NCBI RefSeq assembly: GCF_024521635.1
Contig: NW_026250403.1
Coordinates: 868,001 to 932,000 of the forward strand
DNA from: Tricharina praecox
Lineage: Eukaryota
Direction: 5' to 3'
DNA: 64,000 nt
Both the position numbers and the translations under genes were made by a program. The notes under the pieces are model-generated. The model was not told the origin of the DNA. It saw only the letters and a program-made list of their open reading frames with translations, and did not search any database. Below are positions 25,261 to 37,882 of the stretch, in pieces. How positions within the stretch are numbered: the first letter of the stretch is position 1; every line of letters starts with the position of its first letter.

Positions 25261-27405
25261 ATGGCGGAACCCCTACAGCAACCTGCATTACTAGGTGCAG
25301 AGCCAGTGGTACGTGCCTACAGGCCTTCCGCTCGCGTGGTGATGACGATATTTGGTGACAGACAAAGAACGGATACATCTGACATTTCGCATAGAAGTCA
25401 CCCTCTAGGTCGGCGACGCCGCTTAAAGGGACCTCCTCCCAGCGGCAGTATCAGTCCGGACGTTCACCTCAACAGAGACCTGCACGGATCGTACAACCAA
25501 ACACTACCACCATGCCACTCGGAGAATCAAGACTCAAGCCACCGACATCACCGATGTCTGCTCCACGCGTCGCCCCGCCAGTTCGCGTGCAAACGGAACC
25601 CTCCAAACCTGCCTCTGCGATGGCTACCATCAGCCCTGTACAGCGACAGAGAACCGCCGTCTTGCCGCCCACCTCACCGAGACCACTCCTCCGAGCTTCG
25701 TTCAAGGTTGGACCTACCCTAGATAGTCTCGTGACGGTTCGTCGATCCGATTCGGGCTCCGTTGTTGGTGGTTCCGGTGGTTCCGTCGTCGGGGGCTCAG
25801 TTGTTGGAGGTTAGTGAATCCGATCCCCTCGCGAATCAATACGGGTCACTAATGTTGGAAACTTTCTGCAGGCCCAAGATCGCGCCCAAAAACCAGCGCA
25901 TCTAAAGTCCTCGCGACTTCTCCCCTCGGCGCCAGGCCTGGATCGAATGGCTCTTCAGCACCATTCAATACTGGGAGCCAGTTGACAGTTCGCGTACCAA
26001 GTCATGGAGGAACTCCCGGTTCCAAGCTTGGATCCAGTCCCCCACTCCCCACCACGAGCCCTGTCTACTTTGCACCGCGAGCTTCACCGAACCCTGAAGC
26101 GAGGATGCCCTCTCCAGCACCTCAAAAGTTCTTCGCCCTTGGCGCTAACCCTGCGGCAAGCACCGTGGGTGCACGCCCAACAGGTGCACGCCCAACAGGT
26201 GTTTTGAAGCACTCTGCCAGTTTCGAATCCACCTCTGTACCGAAGCCGACGTCAGGAAACAAGAACATGGCCATCGCGTTTACCATGTCGTGGGACGCGG
26301 CCGGCGAGGTCACGGCCCGGTGTTTGCTGGACCCAGGTGCCTCGGTTGCCTTGTTATCCAAGACATTTGTGAAGGAACATTCCGTGCCGAAAATCAAACG
26401 AAATATTCACATCACGGTTTACGACTTGGAGAAGAGGGTTGTTCCGGATGCCGGTGGCGCTTACACGCAGCCGCTGGTTCTCCGGCACCAGGACCACTTT
26501 ACGAAAGAGACATTCGAAATCGCAGCGCTGGACGAGCGCATCGATGCCGTACTACCGCTCGAATGGATCGAAAAACACGAACTCGTTGGACTTCGCTCGG
26601 GCCAGGTGTACTTCGGTTCGACATTTTGCATGCAGAACTGCACCAAAAATAGGCTAGCACTACCGAAGGACTCCTCGGCAGCATCAACCGCCGAAAAGCC
26701 GTTATCATCAAAGTTTAAGAAGTCTACTCCTGTCCCTGTGAAATCCTCAATCCCATCGCCCAAGTCTCCAGCCCCAGGGAAGGCCAGAGCTATAACAGGC
26801 ACCAAGATCACCGCACCGTCTAAGCCAACAGCGCCTCAAAAGCCAGCTACCATACTGACGAAACCGCCCCCAAAGTCTCCTTTGCCCGGAAAGGCGGGGT
26901 TCTCCAAGCTCGTGATTCCGAGTGTTGCGAAAACAACCACAGCCGAACGCAAAATTTTGACTCCTAGGAAGTCATCTGCCACTATCAAGCCGACGAACAA
27001 GCCAATGGACACACAGCTGGCTAAACCGACTGGTCCAGCCCGTAAGCTGATATCTCCGAATTCCCTCAAGATTTCTACCATCAAAAACACCCCGAAGATG
27101 GATTTGCACAAGGCTCGGGATGCACCTGTGCCTGCTACTGAGATTCCTGGTATGCTACTATTTCGATTCCCCTCTGGCTTCCATGACTAATAAGTGCCAA
27201 AGATTTGATCCATGACGAGGATGGATACGACTCGACCGCCAGCTCTGAGTTTGAGGAGAACCCGGGGGTACCACTTACCCCCAACGGACACTCGGACAAA
27301 TCTCACCAAAACGAATCCCCTGATGTCGACCACGCCCACGAGAGTCCTTCTGGAGTGATTGGCAGTGAAGTGAGGGGAGTCGAAGTTGTCGGTGAAATCC
27401 AATGA
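25261..27405 (+). CDS. 647-aa Pro/Ser/Lys-rich protein with an internal retroviral-type (Ty3/Gypsy) aspartic protease domain; exons 25261-25308, 25395-25809, 25872-27149, 27203-27405
   Basis: Three canonical introns with branch sites join four ORFs into one 1944-nt frame. The domain at about 26267-26650 reads ARCLLDPGASVALLSKTFV...DAVLPLEWIEKH...C-x3-C. Confidence 0.82.
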
Positions 27406-28254
27406 CCAGCAACTTGCCCGGTGGGGCCATGCAAGAGCTAGTCAGGACTCAGTAGCTAAAAGGAGGGTTGACGTTTACGGTGGGACAGGACATGGTAAAG
27501 CTCACTGTAATGGCAGGTATTTTTTTTTCTCTTCGTTTGGTATGGGCATTTCTAGGTGTTATCGTATGGGCTTTGACCACTTATTTCTCTTCTCCGGTGC
27601 GATGCTTTTTTTTTTATCCTTTTCCTTCGTGTCTGTATCAATATGTGGTGAGAATAGCTGTACGATTATCTCTACTCAAAGAGGGGCCACTGAACAGTGG
27701 TCCGCTGGATTCCTGGGCGAAATACATTCATTTGGACTTGCATGCATTTCGGCATGTCAAACTTCTCAGGACTCCTCTCCAGTGTACACAAAGATCCAAA
27801 CTGTATTCTTTATCTCCCCTAATAGCTATCAATATCATTATTACTCTTTGATAAGGCTTGCCATAATGAATATTCCTTTCGTGGGAGTCCATAGTAGTGA
27901 GTGGAATCAAATTTCACTCAGTCAACACTTGCATGTCTCTATTGAGGTTACTTACCTCTATACGTACATCTTTGCAGTAGCTTGACAGCCTTGTGTCGCC
28001 GAGCAGCTTTATTCCCATCTCTTAGCAGTCTTGCCGTCAATATCCCAGAATTCGAGACTTGACCCTCCCATAGTCCACGGCTACCGAACGCTGCAGCACT
28101 ACTGACATTCGCAACAAATCCCTTCTCATTGAACGCTTGATATACCTACTTGATATTGCATTGAAATACATACTTCAAGGGGCCGGCGAATACTTCCGAG
28201 TGAGTCAACCAGTGTCACCGCTGCGCCGAGTATCGATCACACCCCACTTCACAC

Positions 28255-30689
28255 ATGGCTCGGACAGTGGCGGAGCACCATGTCGACGAGCAACCATTAT
28301 CCACGGCGACATCTTCCGCACTGGAAGACTGCACTGTCATTCCGCCCGAGCCGATACCGGACGACGGCAGCGGGGACGACACTCGGGATCCGTTCGGGTT
28401 TCGGGGGGTTGCAGCGGACCCCGAGCTTATCCGGCAAGCCGAGGGGGTAGTGCTGCGACGGAAGGGCTGGGGCAAGCTGGCGCGGCTGTGTCCCAACTGC
28501 AGGTGGCTGTTCACGGCGGCCGATAAGGTCCTGCGACTGCTGTCGGCGAAACCGAAGGTTATTGGGTGGAATTCCGAGGAGAATCGGGTCCCGGCGACGG
28601 CGCAGAAGGAGGAGTTTGGAGTTAGGCAGGCCGCGGGCATGACGAAGAGTTGGACGAGGCCGGAGCTTGTTGCTTGTTATGTTCTGTTCGTTCCTACCCC
28701 CAGGTCTCCGATCCGAAGAGCTCCTAAAGAGTTGCTGAACATTGTGCTCTTAGGCTGGTACTCCTCTGCAACCTCCTCCACCTCTACTCCGAGCTCTACC
28801 CTGGTGCCGTGGAAAACGCTCTGGCACATTATTCCGTTCAGCGGAAAATTTCGAGTTGGCAGCTGGAGATTCCCTGGCTCTTCCTCGACACCATCGGAAT
28901 CATAGCTTTAGTAACCTGTGGGGATCTCCACCGTTCTTTCTGGGGTTGTTTCTAATCAGCGAAAGTTGTCAAGATTGCGAATTCCTATTCTCGGCCGTGG
29001 GGTCTGTTCCTAGGGTCCCTTCTCTGCATCTCGGGTATGAGTGTGGCTGTCGTCAGTGAATGCGTCACTGTCTACACTCTGGGTATGGGACTGGTGGAGC
29101 TGGGAAAGAACGGCCTCTTTGCTGTGGCCACCGTCGTGATTGCCGATAGCAGTGACCTGGTCTGGAGAATGTTCTTTATTTGGTGCGGTAGTTGCACGAT
29201 ACCCCTGTGGGCGTGGTCGGGACTTTGGATTCGGCTTCAACTCTCTTCGTGGGGGCATGACGTCTCGGAAAACTGGTGAGCAGGATCATAAGTACGTGGT
29301 ATGCACCTTACTAACTTCCATTTGGGCGAAACGCTACCTGGGTCTTTCTTGGATGCGTCACGGCGTTTACAATTCCTAATACCATGGCCTTCTATATCTT
29401 CATACGGCGAGCAGCAAACAAAGGATACATCCCAGTATCGCACAGACATTACGAGTGGAACATCTTCAATCCTCGCAACTTCCTGAAGAACCTAGATCTG
29501 TTTGGCGCACGGAACGACTTTTTGGGCCTGCTGACATTCAACGTTGCACTTGCGGCACTCTCATTAGCACTCGTCACACCTCCTACAGCTAATTTCGTGA
29601 CGTGGAGGAACTGGTTTTTTATTGTTGGCCTAGTCGTTTTGTTTCTTTTCGTCGTGTGGGAGCTCTACTTGGGTGGTCAATTCCTGGGGAGACGTCGAGA
29701 GGATATTGGAAGCATTGACGGCTCAGAAACCCTTAGCAGTAGTCTTTCGATTCCATCTGATCTAGTGCTGGCACCGAATCCATATACAGCTCCCGGTGAA
29801 GACTTGGATGCGCTGGCCGGCCAGACAGCAGCCCGCTTGAGAGGAAGATACGAGCCCGAGTCCTTCCGGAAACGCTGTCATGCTCTGATACCGGAGTCGC
29901 TTGTCCGCAATCAGCAGGCTATCGTGTGTACGCTTTGCTTGTCGTTGGAGTCGTTCGCGTACACCTCGAGCTGCTGGGTCGTCTTCCGCGTCCCGGTCTC
30001 CGGCGTGGAAACGGAATGGCAATACTGGTTTTACTGTGTCCGTCCTCCTATATTCATCCGTTGTAGCTACTAACACGTGTCACAGGTGCATATTACTTGC
30101 ACGGTTGCTGCGAGCTTGATCGTGTCGTTATTTGTTCCGTACCTGCGGCAGCTGAAGGCCTTCGTCGTCGCCGGCCTCTTGCTCGAGCTCATCTCGTCGT
30201 TAGTAGGTTGCCAGTCAGTTTCTCCCAATACCTGGTGAAAAGGTTCGCTGACGCATCAAGACCATGTTGGGAGTGTGCCTACGGGGCAGCCACGTATCGG
30301 ACAGTATTTACGTTCCACTGGTCCTGCTCGGAGTGGGCAACGGCATGGTCGACATCCCGCTGCTGATCACCGCGCACGCGAGCTGCTCGAGACGCTCAGA
30401 TGTCGCTATCGCCACCGGCCTCATGATGACGGCCAAAGGCATGGCGATGCAGATGGGTAGGGCAGTGTGCAATGCCTTGATGGGCTACTACGATCCGCTG
30501 GAGTCTTTCTCGGTCATGTATCCCGCCGCCGAGTCTACCCTGGATGGAGTGGAGCGCGTTGGGCTTGTCTGGTGGATGTTGATCGTGGCAGGTATCGTAC
30601 TGCAAGCAGTGGGCGTTGCGGCGGCGACCGTCTTGCTACGGAACGTAAGCTCCATAGTGCACCGATGGGATGGGAAGAACGAACACTGA
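28255..30689 (+). CDS. Divergent MFS transporter, siderochrome-iron transporter (SIT/ARN/MirB)-like, several introns (internal boundaries not fully resolved)
   Basis: FGVRQAAGMTKSWTRPELVACY (typical SIT N-terminal motif), KIANSYSRPWG, VVIADSSDLVWR, LDLFG, DVAIATGLMM and many hydrophobic segments spread over consecutive ORFs. Confidence 0.72.
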
Positions 30690-31161
30690 CTTTTATGTAC
30701 CTGCGAAGTATGATCTGCCATCGATCCGGCAGCACGTCACGGGAGTAATATTCGGTGTTGCAGATGATGCACCCGAGCCTCCTCCTCGGCACGATCCGGA
30801 AGAGTCGGTGGGAAGTGGCACGTCGGTTGGTGAGTTGGGCGGGAATTGGTGTTGAGATTGGTGCGTGCCGATTGTGTCTGGGTAGTGAGGTCGAAGATGT
30901 TTTGGACGGGGAATGCTTCATGGTTCATACCAACGGAAGTTGCATTATTCATATATTGGTGTAAGAATAGCGCTTCAACATCAATAAACCCTAGAGGTTT
31001 CAAGGCTCTTTTGAGGATTTCCTTTGAATGGGGTGTCATAGTTCCAAGACTTGGAACTTGGAAGAGTGGGCACCTCATCGTGTGGACGGGTTACGATGTC
31101 GGATCATGAACTATCACTCCGTTTTGACCCTAGGAGTCGCTATTGAAATTGGGAAATGAAC

Positions 31162-32000
31162 TTGACTCGATTGATGTAATGAATGAGAAAGACGAGTAAA
31201 GGGGACTACTCTTAAAGGTAAACAACCAGCTCGTGTAGACAAAGGAATGAAGCCTCAGAGAGAGAATACGACGATAGCCGTCGCCGGGCTGGGCTGGGCC
31301 CTGGGGACTTGAAGAGGCTTATTCTGCTGAGAAGCCAGAGACAATGCTCATTGCTGAGAAGCTACGAAGGCTACTTACGGTGACGATGAAAAAGTTCAGA
31401 GAAAAGTGCAAATAACCAGTGAAACAGACGGACCAGACAAGTAGAAGTGAGAGTGAGAGAGCATCAATTTACCGTCGCATGCGGCCTTACTAGACTAACT
31501 ATGGCGACCACCAACTTCCCTTCCTCTCCTGCCAGCTCCGCGGAGTAGAGAGAAAGCTCTACCACCACGGCCCGTTGCTGCGCCGCTAGCCCTGGCTCCT
31601 CGGCCTCGGCGCTCTCTCCCTCCTCCTCTCCTCGCCTCGCTTCCGTCCGCCTTTGTTCCCGCTACCTGAGCTTCCACTCTGATACCTGATACCTCACTTG
31701 CTGCGTCTTTCAAGTTCCCCAGCAACCACCAGGATACGTCTGCCCAATGCCCACACCAGTGGGAGCGAGAGAGCCCAAGAATCCAAGAAGGTCTGGCTGC
31801 ACTGCTCGTCTGAACCGCTTGTCTGCTGGAGGTCTCAGATCTCGATGTGCCCCTTGCCCTCCCCTCTCCTGTCGAACCTCTGCGTGCTGCTATCGTCTAG
31901 ATAATTCCAAGAGCCTAGGGGGTGGGATGATCCAGCGAGTGACATCGCATGATTATCTCCTCAACCACTGTTGGAAATTGTAACTTGGCCAGCCACATCC
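31162..32000 (-). repeat. Dispersed repeat copy 1 (block order B-X-A), homologous to 43860-44521
   Basis: Reverse complement of 31162-31431 aligns by eye with 43916-44220 (24-bp identical anchor 31177-31200 vs 44182-44205). Reverse complement of 31767-32000 aligns with 44231-44521. Confidence 0.85.
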
Positions 32001-34572
32001 GCCGCCAATGGACCGTTATCTCTGAGTCAATAGCTATGTAATCAACGCCACGGTGGCGTCCGGAATCAACGCGCTAGCTGTGGCGGAGGTCTATGTTTCA
32101 TCTCCATACAGACAGATACCTAGACCAGACAAGTTAGGGCCTGACGTAATCGCAGTGCAACGTCAGCGTCAAACAAACCCACAAGCTGCCAGAGTCTCGA
32201 GCGCTCTCGTCCCGCCTCGTCTCTCCCCACCCCTCCCTCACCTCGCGAAAATTCCCGGGTGACGGGTCCCAGGGGCCAGCCTCCTCCATCCTCCATCCTC
32301 CAGCCTCCGATGTGGAGAGCGGAGAGCTGCAGCTGCACCTCCATATTAACTACCGTACCATGCACTACCATGCACTACCATACCATGCACTCCGCGCAAT
32401 ACCCGACGGCGGCATGAATGCTTGTTTGTTTGTGGATGCTGATGGATGCTTGTTTGTCCGTGCCCGCCCGTGGGTCGGGGCCACGCAGGGAAGGGCCATC
32501 CATCCATCCTCACCAAGACGACCCGGAGACCTGTGCCACATATGGAGCACTCTGGATGCGGATGGTTTCCCCGGGAAACATCTTCCCCGCACTGCACACT
32601 GCGACACGTTGGTGGGTTTGGGATGGAGGGGAGAGGGGGGGGGGGGGTGGGGAGTTCAGACTCCTGGCGAGAATACCGCCCACAATATCACGATTCGCAG
32701 CTTCCCATGGTCTGGCCACCATACATATCAATCTGCCTGCCTGCCACCCACCGGACAAATCCCATGCCGCCTCTCCGTGATGCAGCACTGCTCACAAACG
32801 GAAGCTCCCATGCGCCGGTCTGGATTCTGGACCGTCGTCTTCATACATGGTGACACTGATTGGCGGTGCTGGATGGGATTCGCAAACATCATGGTGCACG
32901 ATGCCTATAGGTATACATAAGCAGCCAGTCGCCAGCTACCGTGGCGGTGAGTGCGGGTCGAGTGATGGTGATCACTCCAGTCGGAATACCAGTACCGTGT
33001 GCAAGGGAACTGCCGTGCCGATAAATGACTGGTCCACCGCCCGGGGCACCGGGTGAATCACCCGTCCATCCACCCACTGCGCGTCCTGTGGCTACTTAAA
33101 CCACCCTCCCGCAGCGACCGTCCTACACCGTCCTACACTGCCTCTCAGCTTCTCAAGCCTGCCGCGGCTGCCCGCAGGTGTGTATGCGGGTTCATATAAG
33201 CTTTTCAATTAGCTGGGCGTGCAGCGTATAGTGTAGGTAGTAGATTGCCGAGTCACCATCTGCTCCAGTGGTCCAGTGGTTCAATCAGCCGCCATGGATA
33301 TGACTCGGCCGTCCAGGTAACGCGGGAACGCGGGGGAGGGGGGGGTCCCATCCATGCGGCACGTTCATACCGGGGCATTCCCTCCTCCTCCCATTCCTCC
33401 TCTTTTGGCTCACGGCTGCAATCTGCAAGCTGCAAGCTGTAATGGCATCGCTGCCTGGTCCTGATGTGGGAGCGGGATCTAGAGCTCCAGCTCGAGCTCG
33501 AAATGCTCCGTTCGGAGCGCCAATTGGCCGGTCCGAAAGGCCTGGACATCCCACGTTTGCAACATCCCGCGTCCGCTATTCTCCCCCTCTTGATTCTATT
33601 CCGGGAAGGGAGGGAGGGGGATGGAGGTAGCCCCTCCACCTCCACCACCCATCCCCGTCACCGGCATCTCGCCCTCCCCTCATGCAGCGCATGCCGTATT
33701 TCCGGGCACGTGTATGTACCGTGTATGTACGTCCATGCAAAGCCGCACGATGGCTCACTCGCCACACTCTCGGCACTCCCACCATCCCATGGATGGGCCG
33801 AATCCGCGGCGCGCATATGCATGTATGCATGCGTGCCGCCCCCACTCCCCCCCCAGTTCAGCCAAGAAAGATGGAAACGATGGAAAGAAAGAAACACGAC
33901 CTGCCGCATGCGCGGCGATCACTAGGACGTCGGCCGTGGCCGGTCGCCGATTGCGATAGGTAGAGACGTCAGTGATTACCAGTCATGACTGCACTGCGGG
34001 AAACGAGAAAGGAGGGGAGGGAGAGGGGAAGATGCGCAAAGACAGAGGCACAGAGAGCCGCCTGACCTGTTCAGCTGGCTGGCCGCCCGCCGGATACAGT
34101 CGTGCACGCATACCTGCCTACCTACATCATGGTGATGAATATATGATTGTCGTCACCTAGGAATTGTCTGGTAGGTCTGTAGAGTATAGGTGGAATATCT
34201 ACTCTAACTACTCTACTCTACTCGCGCGGATCCCCTCCCCCCATCGACCATCGACATTCAACCATCGAGCATCGACCATGCTTCCATCGAAACCCGGGTC
34301 CCCGCCCCCGCCCCCCACCTCCTCTCCCCCCACCACTTACCTCAAGCCATCCAAGCAGCAAGCAGCAAGAAGCAAGCAAGCAAGCACGCCCGTGCGATCG
34401 CGAGCCGATCCCCTCGGAAAAAGCAAACACATCACCGAAAAGCCGTGTACTACTGTAGCATCACACACACACACACACACATACGCACCACACATCATCC
34501 TTGCGGTGCAACCGGTGCTTATCTGATGCGACGTTGGAGACTTGGAGCAACCAGCCAGCCCGCCACAGAGCT

Positions 34573-34619
34573 AGCCAACTAACCAGCCAACTAACCAGCC
34601 AACTAACCAGCCAACTAAC
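34573..34619. repeat. 12-bp tandem repeat AGCCAACTAACC x4
   Basis: Directly visible. Confidence 0.9.
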
Positions 34620-34759
34620 TAGCGCGCATGTTCCGGAGCACCCAACCAGCTAAGCTTTTTCCAGCGGCGCATGCTTCGATGCTTCGGGGAGGACGTCGCT
34701 GACTGCGTGAGCACTGCGTGGGGTGTGATAAAAGCTCGAGTCCCCGCCTCGTATGCGTG

Positions 34760-34875
34760 TGTGTATGCTAGAGGATGTGTATGCTAGAGGATGTGTATGC
34801 TAGAGGATGTGTATGCTAGAGGATGTGTATGCTAGAGGATGTGTATGCTAGAGGATGTGTATGCTAGAGGATGTA
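34760..34875. repeat. 16-bp minisatellite TGTGTATGCTAGAGGA x7
   Basis: Perfect head-to-tail copies without spacers. Confidence 0.95.
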
Positions 34876-36510
34876 TCGGCCGCCTAAATGCGTGCGTGTC
34901 TGCGACGTGCGTGCGGACAGATATAGCAGATATAGCAGATACATATAGCAGATGTGGATATAGATATAGCAGATACGGTGGGTGGGTAGGTTCACAACCC
35001 CAGCCGCCACGGCAGGAACGTCCCTCCAGAACTCAACTCAAATCTGGCAGGTGACGGAGTGGGGGTGGGGGAAGGTTAGTGGATGGCCCGGTCCGAGTTT
35101 GCGAGGAATGGCTGGCGAGGTAAAGGAACGAAGGAACGGAGGAAGGATGGACGATGCTCCGGAATCCGGATCCAGGGTCCCCAGCGGCCGTGATGCGCGC
35201 GCGGGGGCGGCGGGTGCGGGGTAGGTTGGGTGGCATATATACACTATGGTATGTGCTTAGGCAAGTGGGTGGAAGTTAGTTTGGCCTGGGGAGATATTAC
35301 TTTACCGTACCGCCGTTCTCTACTTACCAGTACTGGTATCGTAGGTACTTTAGATATGTAGATATGTGAAGTCAGTAGAGTACCGGCATTCCCAGAGCCG
35401 CCTCGTCCGTCCACCATCGCTCATGGCGGTTCGCCCGCTGGTCGGGGGGGGGGGGGAGCGGTTCACCAGGAGGGTTGCGGCTCGCCCGGGGGTGTCGGTT
35501 CGCCCGGTGTGGGGTTGTTGAGTTTCCAGAACCGCCCTACCTGCCACCTGCGGCTGCAGCGAATAAAACCACTTTACCACCCACGGTAGCGGCCAAACTC
35601 TTTTTATGTAAAACAAAAAACCATCCTCGTGACACCGCGCCGCCTAGTTGCCTACGCCTGTTGTTTCCAACGTGCGTCGTGTGTGTGTAGAGTATGTGTG
35701 TGCATGGACCGTGGGGTGGGGTGTGTGTATGGATGTGTGGGTGGGGTGGGGTGGGGTGGGATGGAAACGTGTTTATGATCTCCAGTCGCACTGCACCAAC
35801 CAGCGGGCGGAGACATCGTCAACTGAGGGTATGTGTATGTGCAGCGCAGCGCGTTCGAACTTTGAACTTTGAAGCACATATGATGATAGTCAGACTTGTT
35901 TAATTCCCAGTGTATTACTCCAACTCCCGCACACTGTCGAGATGGAGGAAAATAAAAAACGGAAACATAAAAAGGCAAGAAAAAAGGAACCATCTTCCGC
36001 ACTCCACACACACGTCTAGCCCATGTAGATAGCCCCCCTCTACAACTCTAACTCTTCCCGGCTCTCCCTCTAGAGTTGATGCATCGTGTATCAGAAGAGA
36101 TAAAAGAAGAAAGAAAGAAAGAAAGAAAGAAAGAGAGAAAGAAGAAGGAAAGTGAGAAAAGCACAAGTGCAGTTGTTGGTTGACTCGTGCCCCACTTGTC
36201 CGCCCCACTGCATGAGATCCACCATCGCAATCCCCCAGCCAGCCCGCCCGAAACGTACATAGAGAACGAAGACCAAAAAATGAAAAGTAAGACAAAAATG
36301 ACCAGACCCAGCAAGCATAAACCCCGAGCCCACCGCTGAACCGTAACAAGCGCAAGAACCAAGCAACAAAAACAAACAACAAATATCCAAAAACCCCCAG
36401 AACCCCTAAAAACTCCTAGAAAAAAGCAAAACAAGCAATAATCGAACCGAACCGAAGCAAAACATGCCCCTCCAAAAACCCCATAGTTGCAGATCTCACC
36501 CATCCAAAGC

Positions 36511-37882
36511 TCAATTCCGTAGGTAATCCAGAACCGTCTTTCCCCAGACGCCCCGTGCCTTGTATCGTCCCATATCGTCTCCCAGTCCCTCGACAGCCTG
36601 TGCCAAGCGCTCCGCCTCGCCGTCCTCAGCCTTGATCTCCGAGAGCGGCGTGGTGTACGTCTTGATGCCGAAGACGACCGCGCCCGTGCCGGGGAGCTTC
36701 CAGAGCGTCTGGCGCTCAACCCTGAGCACGCACTCCTCCGCACGGATATTCATGTCGTCGCCCACGACCTCGCCGTCGTAGACGTGAGTGCCAGCGGGGG
36801 TAAACAGCTCATCTGTAGCTGCAATCCCCCAGTTGACGCGCTGCACGCCGTTCTCGACGCCAGGGCGTAGCTTTGCCAGGAAGCGCTCGAGGCTCTTGCC
36901 GAGCTTCGCCTTGAACTCCGGCACGGGCGCGTGCACATCGCCAATCTTCCAGCCCAGCTTCTCGCCCAGGCCGAAGCCGTTGGGGAAGCACACGACGAAC
37001 GCGCTGACCGCCCAGCTGCCGTCGTCGGATGGCAGCAGAAACACAAAGTCCTCGTCGAGGTTCTCGCCGAGCGCCCGCAGCGCGTTCGGCGCCGACTGCG
37101 GGATGATCGGGTACGTGTTGCTCGTCGTGTGGTTCTGCACCAGCGTGCCAGATGGCGACTTGGAGAACTGGCATGGGAACCGCGTCGGTAGGTGCGAGTC
37201 GAAGATGTAGGTGTAGAACTCGGACACGGCGTATGAGGCATTGGGCAGGTGGCCGTATGTCTCGGACGGGTTAGACACGAGGAGGTGGCGCCGGTACGCG
37301 AGGCGTCTTCGGTACGAGTTGTCGAGCAGGATCAGGTCGTTGGGGGACATGGACTGGATGGCTGCGCGGGGGAAAGGGAGGTTAGCATTGTGATTTGATA
37401 GAGCGCGTACAAGGAGCAGTGGGCGGCTTACCCATCGTGAGGTGGAACTTTGGCTTGTAGGGGCGAAACCTGATCGGCGGGGTAGCTGCATAATTGAAGT
37501 TTGACAAGGGTTCGAGGGGTTGCTAAGCGGGCAAATACTATCAGCACCCTGGACCAAAATTGATGCGGATTGGGCCCTGGCCGCCGCCGCCGGGGGGGGG
37601 GGGGGGGGGGGGGGGGGTGGTGGCGAGCGGCGCGGCCGCGCCACGACGGAAGGAAAGAAAGAAAAAAGAAGAAAAAATTACCTTCTCCGGTTCGGGTCTC
37701 TGCTCCTCTATGATGACATCGCCGGGAGATGGAAGGTTTGCGAATCGCTTGTTCTTGAGGGAAAGGTAGATGAGGCCTCCGCCGAGGGCGAGGGCGAGGG
37801 CGTGAAGCATGCTGGAACTGTTGACCCCGCCACCGGCGAAGTCAAACTCGCCCTGAGACGTTCGGAAATCGGAGGTATTCAT
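36511..37882 (-). CDS. DUF3445 / heme-dependent oxidative N-demethylase alpha-subunit-like protein with N-terminal hydrophobic anchor; exons 37882-37682, 37522-37432, 37361-36511
   Basis: Motifs IRFRPYKPKFHLTM, YRRRLAYRR, EDFVFL, VCFPNGF, VHAPVP, RVNW and LRVERQTLWKLPGTGAVVFGIKTY. Introns 37681-37523 and 37431-37362 keep the frame. Confidence 0.88.

Noticed and set aside
24600-28200. Intact LTR retrotransposon around the protease domain
   Set aside because: No gag, RT, RNase H or integrase motifs and no long direct repeats seen; the ORF has spliceosomal introns.
30737-31078. 113-aa minus-strand ORF
   Set aside because: No recognisable domain, and its 5' end appears to overlap degenerate repeat-derived sequence.
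32050-36400. Numerous 60-230 aa ORFs here, at 1-2800 and at 38600-40500
   Set aside because: Low-complexity, microsatellite-driven or overlapping frames with no recognisable motifs or coherent splice structure.
37592-37618. Poly-G tract read as poly-Pro in ORF 36511-37644 (other G-runs near 5910, 32635, 35444)
   Set aside because: It lies inside a predicted intron; homopolymer runs recur through the window and show no specific function.
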